Shown here one piece after another: positions 34,990 through 43,723 of a stretch of DNA of 64,000 nt. The position numbers and the translations under genes were made by a program. This DNA is from Chloroflexota bacterium. Its GTDB lineage: Bacteria; Chloroflexota; Limnocylindria; Limnocylindrales; CSP1-4. Within the stretch, counting starts at the first letter, position 1; the number at the start of each line of letters is the position of its first letter. The notes beneath the pieces were generated by a model. It saw only the letters and a list, made by a program, of their open reading frames with translations. It was not told the origin of the DNA and searched no databases. The DNA is taken from contig DAOUEA010000009.1 of assembly GCA_034430475.1 (NCBI GenBank), forward strand, positions 107,578 through 171,577, read 5' to 3'.

Positions 34990-37352
34990 GCATGCTGGGT
35001 CGCGCGCAGAGAAGAGACCTCCGGGCGCGTTGGGCTCAGTTCGTCGCCATCTGGGCCACGATCGTCCTTGGGGTTGCCCTCTTCGGAGCCTCATTCGACG
35101 CGTTCCAGAACCTGACCGCCTCATACCACGGCATGTACAACACGCTGGCCTTCGCCGATCTGACGGTGACCGGCGGCCCGGTCGACGAGATCGCGGCCGA
35201 GGGCGCAAAGATGCCCGGAGTGGCCGCCTCGGCCACGCGGTCTGTTGGCGACGGGCTGGTCCGAATCGCCGGGCGCGCCCAGCTCGGGCGCCTGGTGGGC
35301 ATGCCCGACAACGGCGACCCGGCCGTGAACAAGGTCATGGTCCTCCGAGGCCACAACCTGACACCCGGGGTGTCGGATGAAGTCCTGGTCGAACAGCACC
35401 TGGCCGGCGCCCGCGGCGTTGAGCCGGGCGACACGATCGAAGTCCTCACCTCCGCCGGCTGGAAGAGCGTGACCGTGGCCGGCATCGTCGCCTCTCCCGA
35501 GTACCTCTGGCCCGCCCGCAGCCGCCAGGAGCTGCTGGTGCCGTTCGACGAGTGGGGCGTGCTCTTCGCCCCCGAGGCCCTGATCACGACAATGCCGGCG
35601 GACATGGTCCACCAGGAAGCGATGTTCAGGCTGGCCGACGGGGCGCCCTCGAGCACCCTGGACGACCTCAAGTCGATGGCCATCAACGCCGGCGCCTCCT
35701 CCACCCTGACGCGCGACGAGCAACCGTCCGAATCGGCTCTCCAGGAGGACGTCAACGGCTTCGGCGAGATGTCGATCATGTTCCCGGTTCTGTTCCTGCT
35801 GGCCGGGGCGCTCGCGACCTCGGTCCTGCTGGGCCGCATGGTGGCGAGCCAGCGCGGCCAGATAGGCGTCCTGCGAGCCAACGGCGTGGAACGCCGCACG
35901 ATCATGCGCCACTACCTGTTCTTCGGGGCCGCGGTCGGCACCGCCGGCTCGATACCTGGGGCGATCCTGGGGGCAGTCTCGGCCGACGCCATATCGAGGG
36001 TGTACACCGCGACCATCTCGGTGCCGGTCACCGTCGTGGAGTTCCGGCCCCTGACCGTCCTCATCGGCCTGCTGATGGGCCCGCTCGTCGGAGCTGCGGC
36101 AGCCTACCTGCCGGCCCGCCGCGCTTCGCGCATCTCGCCCGCCGAGGCGATGCGGGGCCAGGTGCCCATCGGGCGCGGCGGCCCCAGCCTGGCCGAGCGG
36201 CTCGTCCCGCCGCTACGCCATCTGCCGACGCGCTGGCTGGTTTCCTTGCGAGGTCTCTCGCGCAGCCCGCGGCGCTCGCTGTCCACCATCGCCGGCATCG
36301 CCCTGGCCACGACCCTCGTGCTGGTGTCGTGGGGCATGATGGACACCATCCAGATCCTGCTCGACCGGCAGTTCCTGCAGGTCCAACGGCAGGACGCGAC
36401 CGTCTACTTCACCAACCCAGTGCCGGCCTCTCAGGTCGAAGACACTCTCTCCGGTCCGGACATAGCGGCCGCGGAGCCCCAGCTCCAGGTGGGCGGCGCG
36501 ATCGTGAACGGCGACAAGCGCTATGCCACGACCCTCGTCGGCCTCGAGCCCGGCACGACCATGCACGGCTTCATCCAGCCCGACGGCACCGAGATCGCCC
36601 TCCCGCGGGACGGCATTCTCGTGGGCTCGGCCCTCAGGAACCTTCTCGGGCTGTCGGTCGGCGACACTGTCCATTTCTACGCCGGGGCGGACGGCCAGCC
36701 GGCCACGCTCACGGTCAAAGGCTTCCTGGACGAGCCCCTGGGTACCTTCGCCTACGCCTCGCTCGACACCGCCGCCTCGGTGGCGGGCGCATCCGGTTCG
36801 GACCCCATGGTCGAGTCGGCGCTGGTCCGGTACGCGGCCGGATCCGATCCTCACGCGGTCGCCGATGGCTTGCTTGCCCGGCCGGACATCGCCGCCGTCC
36901 TGGGGAGCCGGACGCTGTACGACCTTGCCCGGCAGTACATGGCCCTCTTCTACGCCATGATCGGGATCATGCTGCTCCTGGGAGGCGTCATGGCTTTCGC
37001 CCTGATCTTCAACACCATGACCGCCAACATCGCCGAGCGGTCAACCGAGCTGGCCGCCCTGAGGACGCTGGGCATGAGCCGCGGCACTCTGTCGCGGCTG
37101 GTGACCGGCGAGAACATGCTGCTGACCCTGGCCGGGCTCGTTCCGGGGCTAACCCTCGGCTACCTTGTGGCGGCCGCGTTCATGGCCTCGTTCTCGAGCG
37201 ACCTGTTCGTCTTCGACCTGAGGGTCCGGGTCACGACCTTCCTGTTCACGGCCCTCGGGATCATCGTGGTGGGCGTCATCTCGCAATGGCCGGCGCTCCG
37301 TGCCGTCGGGCGCCTCGATCTGGGGCGCATCATCCGCGAGCGCTCGACCTAG
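34986..37352 (+). CDS. FtsX/MacB-type ABC transporter permease with duplicated FtsX modules
   Basis: 788 aa. Start overlaps the ATPase stop (GTGA). Two units, each a TM helix, a large periplasmic domain and 3 TM helices. Contains RTLGMSRGTLSRLV-type FtsX motifs. Confidence 0.9.
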   Translation: MSMLGRAQRRDLRARWAQFVAIWATIVLGVALFGASFDAFQNLTASYHGMYNTLAFADLTVTGGPVDEIAAEGAKMPGVAASATRSVGDGLVRIAGRAQLGRLVGMPDNGDPAVNKVMVLRGHNLTPGVSDEVLVEQHLAGARGVEPGDTIEVLTSAGWKSVTVAGIVASPEYLWPARSRQELLVPFDEWGVLFAPEALITTMPADMVHQEAMFRLADGAPSSTLDDLKSMAINAGASSTLTRDEQPSESALQEDVNGFGEMSIMFPVLFLLAGALATSVLLGRMVASQRGQIGVLRANGVERRTIMRHYLFFGAAVGTAGSIPGAILGAVSADAISRVYTATISVPVTVVEFRPLTVLIGLLMGPLVGAAAAYLPARRASRISPAEAMRGQVPIGRGGPSLAERLVPPLRHLPTRWLVSLRGLSRSPRRSLSTIAGIALATTLVLVSWGMMDTIQILLDRQFLQVQRQDATVYFTNPVPASQVEDTLSGPDIAAAEPQLQVGGAIVNGDKRYATTLVGLEPGTTMHGFIQPDGTEIALPRDGILVGSALRNLLGLSVGDTVHFYAGADGQPATLTVKGFLDEPLGTFAYASLDTAASVAGASGSDPMVESALVRYAAGSDPHAVADGLLARPDIAAVLGSRTLYDLARQYMALFYAMIGIMLLLGGVMAFALIFNTMTANIAERSTELAALRTLGMSRGTLSRLVTGENMLLTLAGLVPGLTLGYLVAAAFMASFSSDLFVFDLRVRVTTFLFTALGIIVVGVISQWPALRAVGRLDLGRIIRERST

Positions 37353-37364
37353 ACGCGATCCCAG

Positions 37365-37524
37365 CCGAGGTGGAGCCGAGGGCGCGCCACGAGCGGCTGT
37401 CTTCGCGGCTGCGGCGGATGCAGCGCCAGGAGGAGCCGAGCAGGTGACGCGAGCGCACCCGTGACCGTCTCGGGCTGATCAGGCGGTCAGGCCGAGGCGG
37501 AGCCGAGGACCGAAACGAGCGCAC
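37365..37524. repeat. three degenerate ~33-bp direct repeats (period about 61-66 bp) next to tRNA-Leu
   Basis: R1 37365 CCGAGGTGGAGCCGAGGGCGCGCCACGAGCGGC. R2 37426 CCAGGAGGAGCCGAGCAGGTGACGCGAGCGCAC. R3 37492 CCGAGGCGGAGCCGAGGACCGAAACGAGCGCAC. Shared core GGAGCCGAG ... CGAGCG. Confidence 0.5.
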
Positions 37525-37590
37525 TCGAGTGTGCGAGACCGAGGACCGCAGGCGACAACGAAGGCATGGCCGTCTCAGCAGCCCGAGACG

Positions 37591-37678
37591 TGGTGGGCGA
37601 GGTCGGGGTCGAACCGACACGCCGCTCGCGCGGCACCAGCTCCTAAGGCTGGGGCGTCTGCCATTCCGCCACTCGCCC
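37591..37678 (-). tRNA. tRNA-Leu (anticodon UAG), type II with long variable arm, CCA encoded
   Basis: Folded by hand. Acceptor GGGCGAG/CUCGCCC, anticodon stem CCAGC/GCUGG with loop CUUAGGA, variable arm GCCGC-GCGA-GCGGC, T arm GUCGG-UUCGACC-CCGAC, then discriminator A and CCA. Confidence 0.9.
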
Positions 37679-37699
37679 AGGACGAGAGTCTAGCCGGGA

Positions 37700-38230
37700 T
37701 CAGTCCTCCCGGCGCCTGCCCTTCAGGCGGTCCATGGCTGCGGCGAAGCTGGGCCCGTCGGGGCTGAACAGCACCTTCGCCATCCGCTTGCCGGCCTCGC
37801 GCGTGATCGGCCGGAGGATGTTGCCGCCGAGCTCCGAGACGGTGCCTCGCAGGTCTCGCGCCTCGCGCCGCGGCCTGTCGCGCTCCAGGTACTCGGCGAA
37901 CTCGCGCTCCAGCACGCCCCTGACCTGCTCGCCGTCGCTGCCCAGGGCGCGCAGAGCCTTGTCGATCTCCTTGGGCAGCATCGACTTGGGCAGGTTGGCC
38001 CTCGGCCCCAGGAAGATGCGTCGCAGCCCGCGGTAGAGCCGCTGCGGGCCCCGCAGAACCAGGAACGCCAGACCGGCCGCAGCCAGCCCAATCCTCGCCG
38101 GCTGTCGTACGAGGCGGCCGGGGAGGTCGAATGTGCCACGGCTCGCGGCCTGCAGCCGCGTCGCCTCGTCCAGCAGGAGCTGGCGAGAGGCTACGACTTC
38201 GGCCCGAGCGGCATCTGTTCGCGCACCCAC
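37700..38230 (-). CDS. hypothetical single-TM protein
   Basis: GTG 38230 preceded by AAGGAGA with a 7-nt spacer. 176 aa with one hydrophobic helix (IGLAAAGLAFLVL) and a charged C-terminal region. Overlaps the upstream gene by 40 nt. Confidence 0.55.
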   Translation of the reverse strand: MGARTDAARAEVVASRQLLLDEATRLQAASRGTFDLPGRLVRQPARIGLAAAGLAFLVLRGPQRLYRGLRRIFLGPRANLPKSMLPKEIDKALRALGSDGEQVRGVLEREFAEYLERDRPRREARDLRGTVSELGGNILRPITREAGKRMAKVLFSPDGPSFAAAMDRLKGRRRED

Positions 38231-39081
38231 TCGATCGTCTCCTTGGTGGTCTCGACTGTCTGGCTTGGAGTCAGGCGCTTCTTGAGCCCGTCCCAGTCGG
38301 CTTCCGGCAGGACGAGAACGAGCGCCAGGATCGGCATCAGGATCAGGAAGACGGCCAGCCCGGTTCCGAAGGCGCAGCCCCAACTCATCGGCACGCCGGT
38401 CAGGCCGCCCAGCAGACCGCCCACGATTGCGCCCACCAGGGCTCCGCCCAGCCCGTCTCCCAGCCGGCCAAGCAGCCCCTCCCCGGCCGCGAACGCAACA
38501 AGTCCGCCAACGACGGCCGATAGTACAGCGAGGACCAGCGCGGCCACGATCACCGGCCTGTCAGCCGCGGAGATCGCGCTACCGTCCGGCCAGGCAAGGC
38601 CGGCGAAAAAGCTGTCGCCGACCCAGCCCCAGGCTTGATTCGTGAGCCGCACCCAGAAGATGACGCCGATGGCGACACCAACCAGGAGCGAAACGGCGAA
38701 GGCCGCTCCCAGGCGGGGCCCGGAGCTGGGCAGGTTGATCAGCACCGCGACCACGGCCATGGTGAGCAGCAGGGCGGTGCCGTGAAGGACCCCCCAGCCC
38801 ATCGATCCGAACGCCCACTCCCCCAGCCACAGGAGAGTGCCCACGCCGACCATGACGATGGCCAGCACCACCAGGACGGCCGCGCCGGCGATCAGCGCCA
38901 GGGCACGCTTGATCTCGTCCATGATCTCGGACAGCTCGGCCGAGAGCAGGCGGAAGTGGGCCGAGATCAAGCCGATCAAGGCCTTGCGGGTGCGCCCGAA
39001 CTGATCGATCAGGTTCGGCGCGCTCTCTTCGTTCTGGCCAGGAGTGGGCGGCTGTTCGGGCTTGGAAGACCGCCTGGGCAA
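38191..39081 (-). CDS. polytopic membrane protein, Gly/Ala-rich TM helices (possibly holin-X/DUF1469-like)
   Basis: TTG 39081 with GGAGGA 8 nt upstream. 296 aa with at least 6 hydrophobic segments. The family assignment is only a resemblance. Confidence 0.7.
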   Translation of the reverse strand: MPRRSSKPEQPPTPGQNEESAPNLIDQFGRTRKALIGLISAHFRLLSAELSEIMDEIKRALALIAGAAVLVVLAIVMVGVGTLLWLGEWAFGSMGWGVLHGTALLLTMAVVAVLINLPSSGPRLGAAFAVSLLVGVAIGVIFWVRLTNQAWGWVGDSFFAGLAWPDGSAISAADRPVIVAALVLAVLSAVVGGLVAFAAGEGLLGRLGDGLGGALVGAIVGGLLGGLTGVPMSWGCAFGTGLAVFLILMPILALVLVLPEADWDGLKKRLTPSQTVETTKETIEWVREQMPLGPKS

Positions 39082-39182
39082 GTCGCTCGTCCTCCATCTG
39101 GGTCTAGACGCGCCCCGATCATAGCAGCGGCGTCACGTCGACAGTCCCCGGCACGGCGTCCCTGTGGCCGACCGTCTACGCT

Positions 39183-40511
39183 GTGGCAATGCCGGTTCGC
39201 GACGCAGCCACAGCACCCGCCCCCGCACGCCCCCTGTTGAGAGCCGCCGTCCTGGCCATCGGCAGCGAGCTGACGACCGGCGAGACACGCGACACCAACA
39301 GCAGCGACCTGGCGCGGTCGCTCTCCTCCGAAGGCGTCGACGTGGTTTGGATCTCGGCCCTTCCCGACCGCCTGGGAACGGTGACAATGGCCCTCCGGCG
39401 GGCCCTGGAAGAGGCGGACCTGGCCGTCACCACCGGCGGCCTCGGCCCCACGCCGGACGACCTCACGCGCGAGGCAATCGCCGAGACGCTCGGCGAGAAG
39501 CCGGAGGTGGACCCGGCCTGCGAGCGCTGGCTGCGAGACCTCTTCGAGCGACGGAGCATTGCCTTCCCCCAGGCAAACGTCAAACAGGCCTGGCTGATCC
39601 CTTCGGCGCAGGCCATCCCCAACGACCGTGGCACCGCCCCGGGCTGGTGGGTCGAGGCGCCCCAGGGGCAGGTGATCGTCGCCCTGCCCGGACCGCCGTC
39701 CGAGATGCGTTCGATGTGGGAGGGCGCCGTGCTTCCCCGGCTGCGAGAGCGAGGGCTCGGCCGTGAGCGGCTCGTCGTGACGTTCCGCCTGGTCGGAGTC
39801 GGCGAGTCGGCGGTCGCGGCTCTGCTCGGCGAGCCGCTGCTCCGGACCGCCAACCCCGTCGTGGCCACGTACGCCAAGCCGGACGGAGTGGACGTTCGGA
39901 TCAGCGCCACGGCCGAGGGCGAGCGAGGCCCGCAGGAGATCGCCGCCCCCGCCCAGGGAGCAGTCCTGGCGGCGGTGGGCGGCTACGTCTGGGGCCGGGA
40001 CGGCGACACGTGGCCCCAGGTCCTGGGCGAGAAGCTCGCGCCCCGGGGCTGGACCGTGGCCCTCGCCGAGCGCGGTACGGACGGCGCCACGCGACAGCTG
40101 CTGGGCGACGCGCCGTGGCTGATCGCGGCGGGTGCCGAGCCGGCGGCCGGGGAAGCGGAGACGGGGCCCGAGGCCACCCCCGTGGCCAGGCTGGCCGAGG
40201 ACGTGGCGCACAACGCCGGAGCGTCGATCGGCCTCGCGGTCCAAGCCTCCGTGGCCGGGCACGACACGGCCGTGCAGATCGCCGCCTGGGGGCCCTGGGG
40301 CGTCCGGAGATCGCGCCAGACGGCCTTCCTGGCCGGCAGCGAGGGCGGGCGCCGGGCAGCGGTCGCAGCGGCCGCCTTCCTCAACCTCGTTCTGGCCAGG
40401 CACGGCCAGGCCCCCGCAGACAGGAGCGCACCGGTGCGCCACGCGGAAGGCCGCGCACGGCGGTCCCTTCTGGCGGACAATAGGCCGGACGGTGCAGGCC
40501 GCGACCACTGA
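39183..40511 (+). CDS. cinA: CinA-family protein (MoCF-binding N-terminal domain plus CinA C-terminal domain)
   Basis: AVLAIGSELTTGETRDTNS, TTGGLGPTPDDLTREA and GPPSEMRSMW are typical of competence/damage-inducible CinA. Start uncertain (GTG 39183 or ATG 39189). Confidence 0.85.
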   Translation: MAMPVRDAATAPAPARPLLRAAVLAIGSELTTGETRDTNSSDLARSLSSEGVDVVWISALPDRLGTVTMALRRALEEADLAVTTGGLGPTPDDLTREAIAETLGEKPEVDPACERWLRDLFERRSIAFPQANVKQAWLIPSAQAIPNDRGTAPGWWVEAPQGQVIVALPGPPSEMRSMWEGAVLPRLRERGLGRERLVVTFRLVGVGESAVAALLGEPLLRTANPVVATYAKPDGVDVRISATAEGERGPQEIAAPAQGAVLAAVGGYVWGRDGDTWPQVLGEKLAPRGWTVALAERGTDGATRQLLGDAPWLIAAGAEPAAGEAETGPEATPVARLAEDVAHNAGASIGLAVQASVAGHDTAVQIAAWGPWGVRRSRQTAFLAGSEGGRRAAVAAAAFLNLVLARHGQAPADRSAPVRHAEGRARRSLLADNRPDGAGRDH

Positions 40512-40524
40512 GCTGGAGCGAAGC

Positions 40525-41007
40525 ATGGGCAAGACGGACAGGATCAAAGCAGCCGACCTGGCGGCCCTGCCGCTCTTCGCCGGCCTGAGCGACTCGGACC
40601 TTGCCTCGCTCAGCGAATCCAGCGTTCGGCGCCGGCTGGCCGACGGAGAGACGCTCGTGGAGGTGGGCGACCCGATCTCCGAGGTCCACTGGCTGGAGGC
40701 CGGTCAGCTGGCTCTGCGTGTCTGCCATGAAGGTCGCTGGGTCCTCGTGGCGACGCTCAAGCCGGGCGACCTGCTCGGCTGGTCGGCTCTGCGCGAGGAT
40801 CCGACGGCCCTCTCCAGCGCCCGGGCGATCGGACCGGCGGTGATGATCTCGATCCCGGCCTCCGGTCTGCTGGCCCTGCTCGCCGGCGGGTCACCCAAGT
40901 CGCAACTGCTGCTGCGCCGCCTGTTCGGGATCGCCACGCAGCACCTGGACGAGAGCCGCGCCCAGCTCCTCCAGCTCGGGCGCGAGGGGATCATCTCCGC
41001 CGGCTGA
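40525..41007 (+). CDS. cyclic-nucleotide-binding-domain protein (stand-alone cNMP domain)
   Basis: ATG 40525 with GGAG upstream. LPLFAGLSDSDLASLSESSVRRRLADGETLVEVGDP...LKPGDLLGWSAL fits the cNMP-binding beta-barrel pattern. 160 aa with no output domain. Confidence 0.8.
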   Translation: MGKTDRIKAADLAALPLFAGLSDSDLASLSESSVRRRLADGETLVEVGDPISEVHWLEAGQLALRVCHEGRWVLVATLKPGDLLGWSALREDPTALSSARAIGPAVMISIPASGLLALLAGGSPKSQLLLRRLFGIATQHLDESRAQLLQLGREGIISAG

Positions 41008-41075
41008 CGGCCGCGCCGCAGGAGCGGGCGCATCGGCGTCGCGACGCGATCCGTTTCCGCGTCTACGATTGCGCC

Positions 41076-42107
41076 ATGAAACTCAATCCTGAGCGACTCA
41101 TTGCCTTCGCCCTGGCCGGCGGCGCCGTTGCCATCGTGGGGCTCCTGGCCCTCTCCTTCGTCATCGGAAGTCCCGAAGGCGACGGTCAGACGCCGACACC
41201 CTCGACCGTCGCGGTCGTCTCGCCCAGCCCGTCACCGACGCTCGCCGTCACGCCCGATTCGACGCCGACTGCCACGCCCGCCCCAACCGCCTCCCCCACT
41301 CCGGCCACGCCGCCGCTGCCGACGATGCTGGCCGCCATCGGCGATTCCTACACCCAGGCCTGGAGCACCTCGGCGGCCTACAAGCAGGACCACCCCGAGT
41401 TCTCGTGGGCGGTCGGTACGCAGAAGGGCGACGGCGTGTACAGCCTGCGCGAGCGGTTCGTGGCCCTGGGCGCGAACCTCGTCGTCGTCGACGCCGCGAC
41501 CTCGGGCATGAAGATGGACGACGCCCCGCGGCAGGCTGGAGTGGTCGTCGTCGAGGCCGCCAAGCTGCCGCCGGGCTCCACGGTGTTCGTCACCATCGCC
41601 CTGGGCACCAACGACCTGTGCGACGACCCGATGACCGACCCCGCCGCGTTCGAATCGGACCTGCGGACGGCCGTCGCCATCCTCCGCCAGGGCCTTCCGG
41701 CGGGCAGCCACATCCTGATGCTGTCGATCCCGGACTTCGTGCACTTCCGCGACCTCACCCAGGCCAGCCCTGCAGCAGCGCAGTTCCTCGCCAAGTCGGG
41801 CAAGAACAACAACTGCCCGCCTTTCCTGGGCATTGAGACAACCTCGTCGCTGGCGCAGTCGACGCAGATGCTGGCCGACTACGACTCGATCCTGATCAAG
41901 GTCTGCGACGAGATCGAGGCCGCCGACGGGCCGTCGGGCAAGCTGCACTGCCGATCCGACCCGCTCAGGCTGGCCGAGAAGGATTTCGTCCTGAGCGATC
42001 TGGGCACGGTCGACTACTTCCACCCCTCGCTCTCCGGGCAGGCCAAGATGGCCGAGGCGGCCTGGCAGGCCGGCTACTGGGCCAGGCTACCCCTCCCGCC
42101 GAGCTGA
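41076..42107 (+). CDS. SGNH/GDSL-family hydrolase, membrane-anchored or secreted
   Basis: N-terminal TM/signal helix and a Pro/Thr/Ser linker. Block I AIGDSYT (catalytic Ser), block III ALGTNDL, block V DYFHPS (Asp-x-x-His). Confidence 0.85.
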   Translation: MKLNPERLIAFALAGGAVAIVGLLALSFVIGSPEGDGQTPTPSTVAVVSPSPSPTLAVTPDSTPTATPAPTASPTPATPPLPTMLAAIGDSYTQAWSTSAAYKQDHPEFSWAVGTQKGDGVYSLRERFVALGANLVVVDAATSGMKMDDAPRQAGVVVVEAAKLPPGSTVFVTIALGTNDLCDDPMTDPAAFESDLRTAVAILRQGLPAGSHILMLSIPDFVHFRDLTQASPAAAQFLAKSGKNNNCPPFLGIETTSSLAQSTQMLADYDSILIKVCDEIEAADGPSGKLHCRSDPLRLAEKDFVLSDLGTVDYFHPSLSGQAKMAEAAWQAGYWARLPLPPS

Positions 42108-42114
42108 TCGGGCC

Positions 42115-43182
42115 TCAGGACGCGGCTTCGGCCTCCTGCTGGATGGCCCGAACGCTTACCTTGCCGGCGATCGAGCGCGCGACCTGTGACAGCGCTTCGG
42201 CAGCAGGCCCCGGCTCGCTCTGAGCGACGGCCGGGATGCCCACGTCGCAACCCTGGCGGACGGTGACGTCGAGCGGGATGCCGCCCAGGAAGTCGATGCC
42301 GTTGGCGGCCGCGAACTCCTCGCCGCCGCCTCGCCCGAAGATCTCGGTCGTCTCGCCACAATGGGCGCAGACGAAGCCGGCCATGTTCTCCACGACGCCC
42401 AGGACCGGGACGTTGACCTTCTCGAACATGGTCATGGCCCGGCCGACGTCCGACAGCGACACTTGCTGGGGCGTGGTCACCAGCACCGCACCGGTGAGCG
42501 GCACGGTCTGGGCAAGCGTCAGCTGGGCGTCGGAGGTGCCGGGTGGCAGGTCGACGATCAGGTAGTCCAGCTCTCCCCAATCCACGTCGCGCAGGAACTG
42601 CTGGATCGCCCCGCTGACCAGCGGCCCGCGCCAGATGACGGCCTGGTCGGCCGAGAGGAAGAACTGGATGGAGATGACCTTCACCCCGTGAGCTTCGAGC
42701 GGCCTTATCTTTCGCTCAGGGGTCGCCACCGGCTCGCCCGCGGCCCCGATCATCATCGGCACGTTGGGCCCGGTGATGTCCGCATCGAGCAGGCCGACCG
42801 AAGCCCCGGCCTGGGCCAGGGCCACGGCCAGGTTGACAGCCACAGTGGTCTTCCCGACTCCGCCCTTGCCCGAAGCTACGGCCACGACGTTCTTGACTCC
42901 GGGCAGCATCTGGGGCCCGGCGGGGGTAGACCTCCTCACCGTCGCGTCCCAGTTGACCTGAACATCCCGGGCCCCGGCCGAGCGGAGTGCAGCCTCCACT
43001 TGATCCTGGATCTCCTGCTTCAACGGGCAGGCGGGAGTCGTCAGGTCGACCGTCAGTGAGACCTTCGTCCCCTCTACCGATACGTCGCGGACCATGCCGC
43101 GGGAGACGAGATCGCCTCCCAGCTCGGGCTCCTGGACGGTGGCCAGGGCCTTCATGGCGGTTTCGACTGTCAGCTTGGGCAT
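42115..43182 (-). CDS. Mrp/NBP35/ApbC-family Fe-S cluster carrier ATPase with N-terminal DUF59 domain
   Basis: ATG 43182 with GAGGA upstream. DUF59-like EPELGGDLVSRGMV, deviant Walker A SGKGGVGKTT, and CxxC (CAHCGE). Confidence 0.92.
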   Translation of the reverse strand: MPKLTVETAMKALATVQEPELGGDLVSRGMVRDVSVEGTKVSLTVDLTTPACPLKQEIQDQVEAALRSAGARDVQVNWDATVRRSTPAGPQMLPGVKNVVAVASGKGGVGKTTVAVNLAVALAQAGASVGLLDADITGPNVPMMIGAAGEPVATPERKIRPLEAHGVKVISIQFFLSADQAVIWRGPLVSGAIQQFLRDVDWGELDYLIVDLPPGTSDAQLTLAQTVPLTGAVLVTTPQQVSLSDVGRAMTMFEKVNVPVLGVVENMAGFVCAHCGETTEIFGRGGGEEFAAANGIDFLGGIPLDVTVRQGCDVGIPAVAQSEPGPAAEALSQVARSIAGKVSVRAIQQEAEAAS

Positions 43183-43278
43183 GGGCGGCGTTCCTCGAGG
43201 CAGCACGCTCGAACGGCGCGATTCTCTGGATATCCTAGGGCTTCGCTCGGGTATGTGTCGAGGTCGCCGTTCCCCGCA

Positions 43279-43719
43279 TCAGCCGTCCCGCTCGGCGCGT
43301 CGGCGGGCGGCCGCTTCCATGAAGTTGTCGAACTTGCGGCCGCGGGCCACGGCCCACAGCGAGGTACCGAAGTAGAGCGGCAGGTACAGTGGTCCGTAGC
43401 GGCGCCACTGGCGGATGTGCTCCGCCTCGTGGGCCAGGATGTGCTTGTCCACGTGGCCGCGGCAGAAGACGTAGCGCCCCACGGCCTGAGCGTGTATCGG
43501 CGAGATGGCCGTGTCAAGGTAGCGGCCCACGCGCTCGTCCTCGACAAGGTAGGCCGTGACGTCGTCAAGCTGCACGACCCGAGTCGGCTGCCGAACGCCC
43601 GAACCGCGCATTACCATCCAGCCAAGGACGTCGCCGGGAAGGGTCCGCCAGGCCCAGCGCAGGCCCCTGGCCGCCTTCAGCCAGAGGTCGATCAGCTGGC
43701 CGGCCCGAGCGAAGACCAC
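43279..43719 (-). CDS. hypothetical protein with HExxH motif (DUF4157-like)
   Basis: 146 aa. AQAVGRYVFCRGHVDKHILAHEAEHIRQW resembles the DUF4157 zincin-like core. Lies 4 nt downstream of the amidohydrolase gene. Confidence 0.55.
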   Translation of the reverse strand: MVFARAGQLIDLWLKAARGLRWAWRTLPGDVLGWMVMRGSGVRQPTRVVQLDDVTAYLVEDERVGRYLDTAISPIHAQAVGRYVFCRGHVDKHILAHEAEHIRQWRRYGPLYLPLYFGTSLWAVARGRKFDNFMEAAARRRAERDG

Positions 43720-43723
43720 GGCT

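Noticed and set aside
37365-37524. The three 33-bp repeats near tRNA-Leu, considered as a CRISPR array.
   Set aside because: There are only three copies, they share only about two-thirds of positions, spacing is irregular, and no cas genes are in the window. Kept as a generic repeat finding, not as CRISPR.
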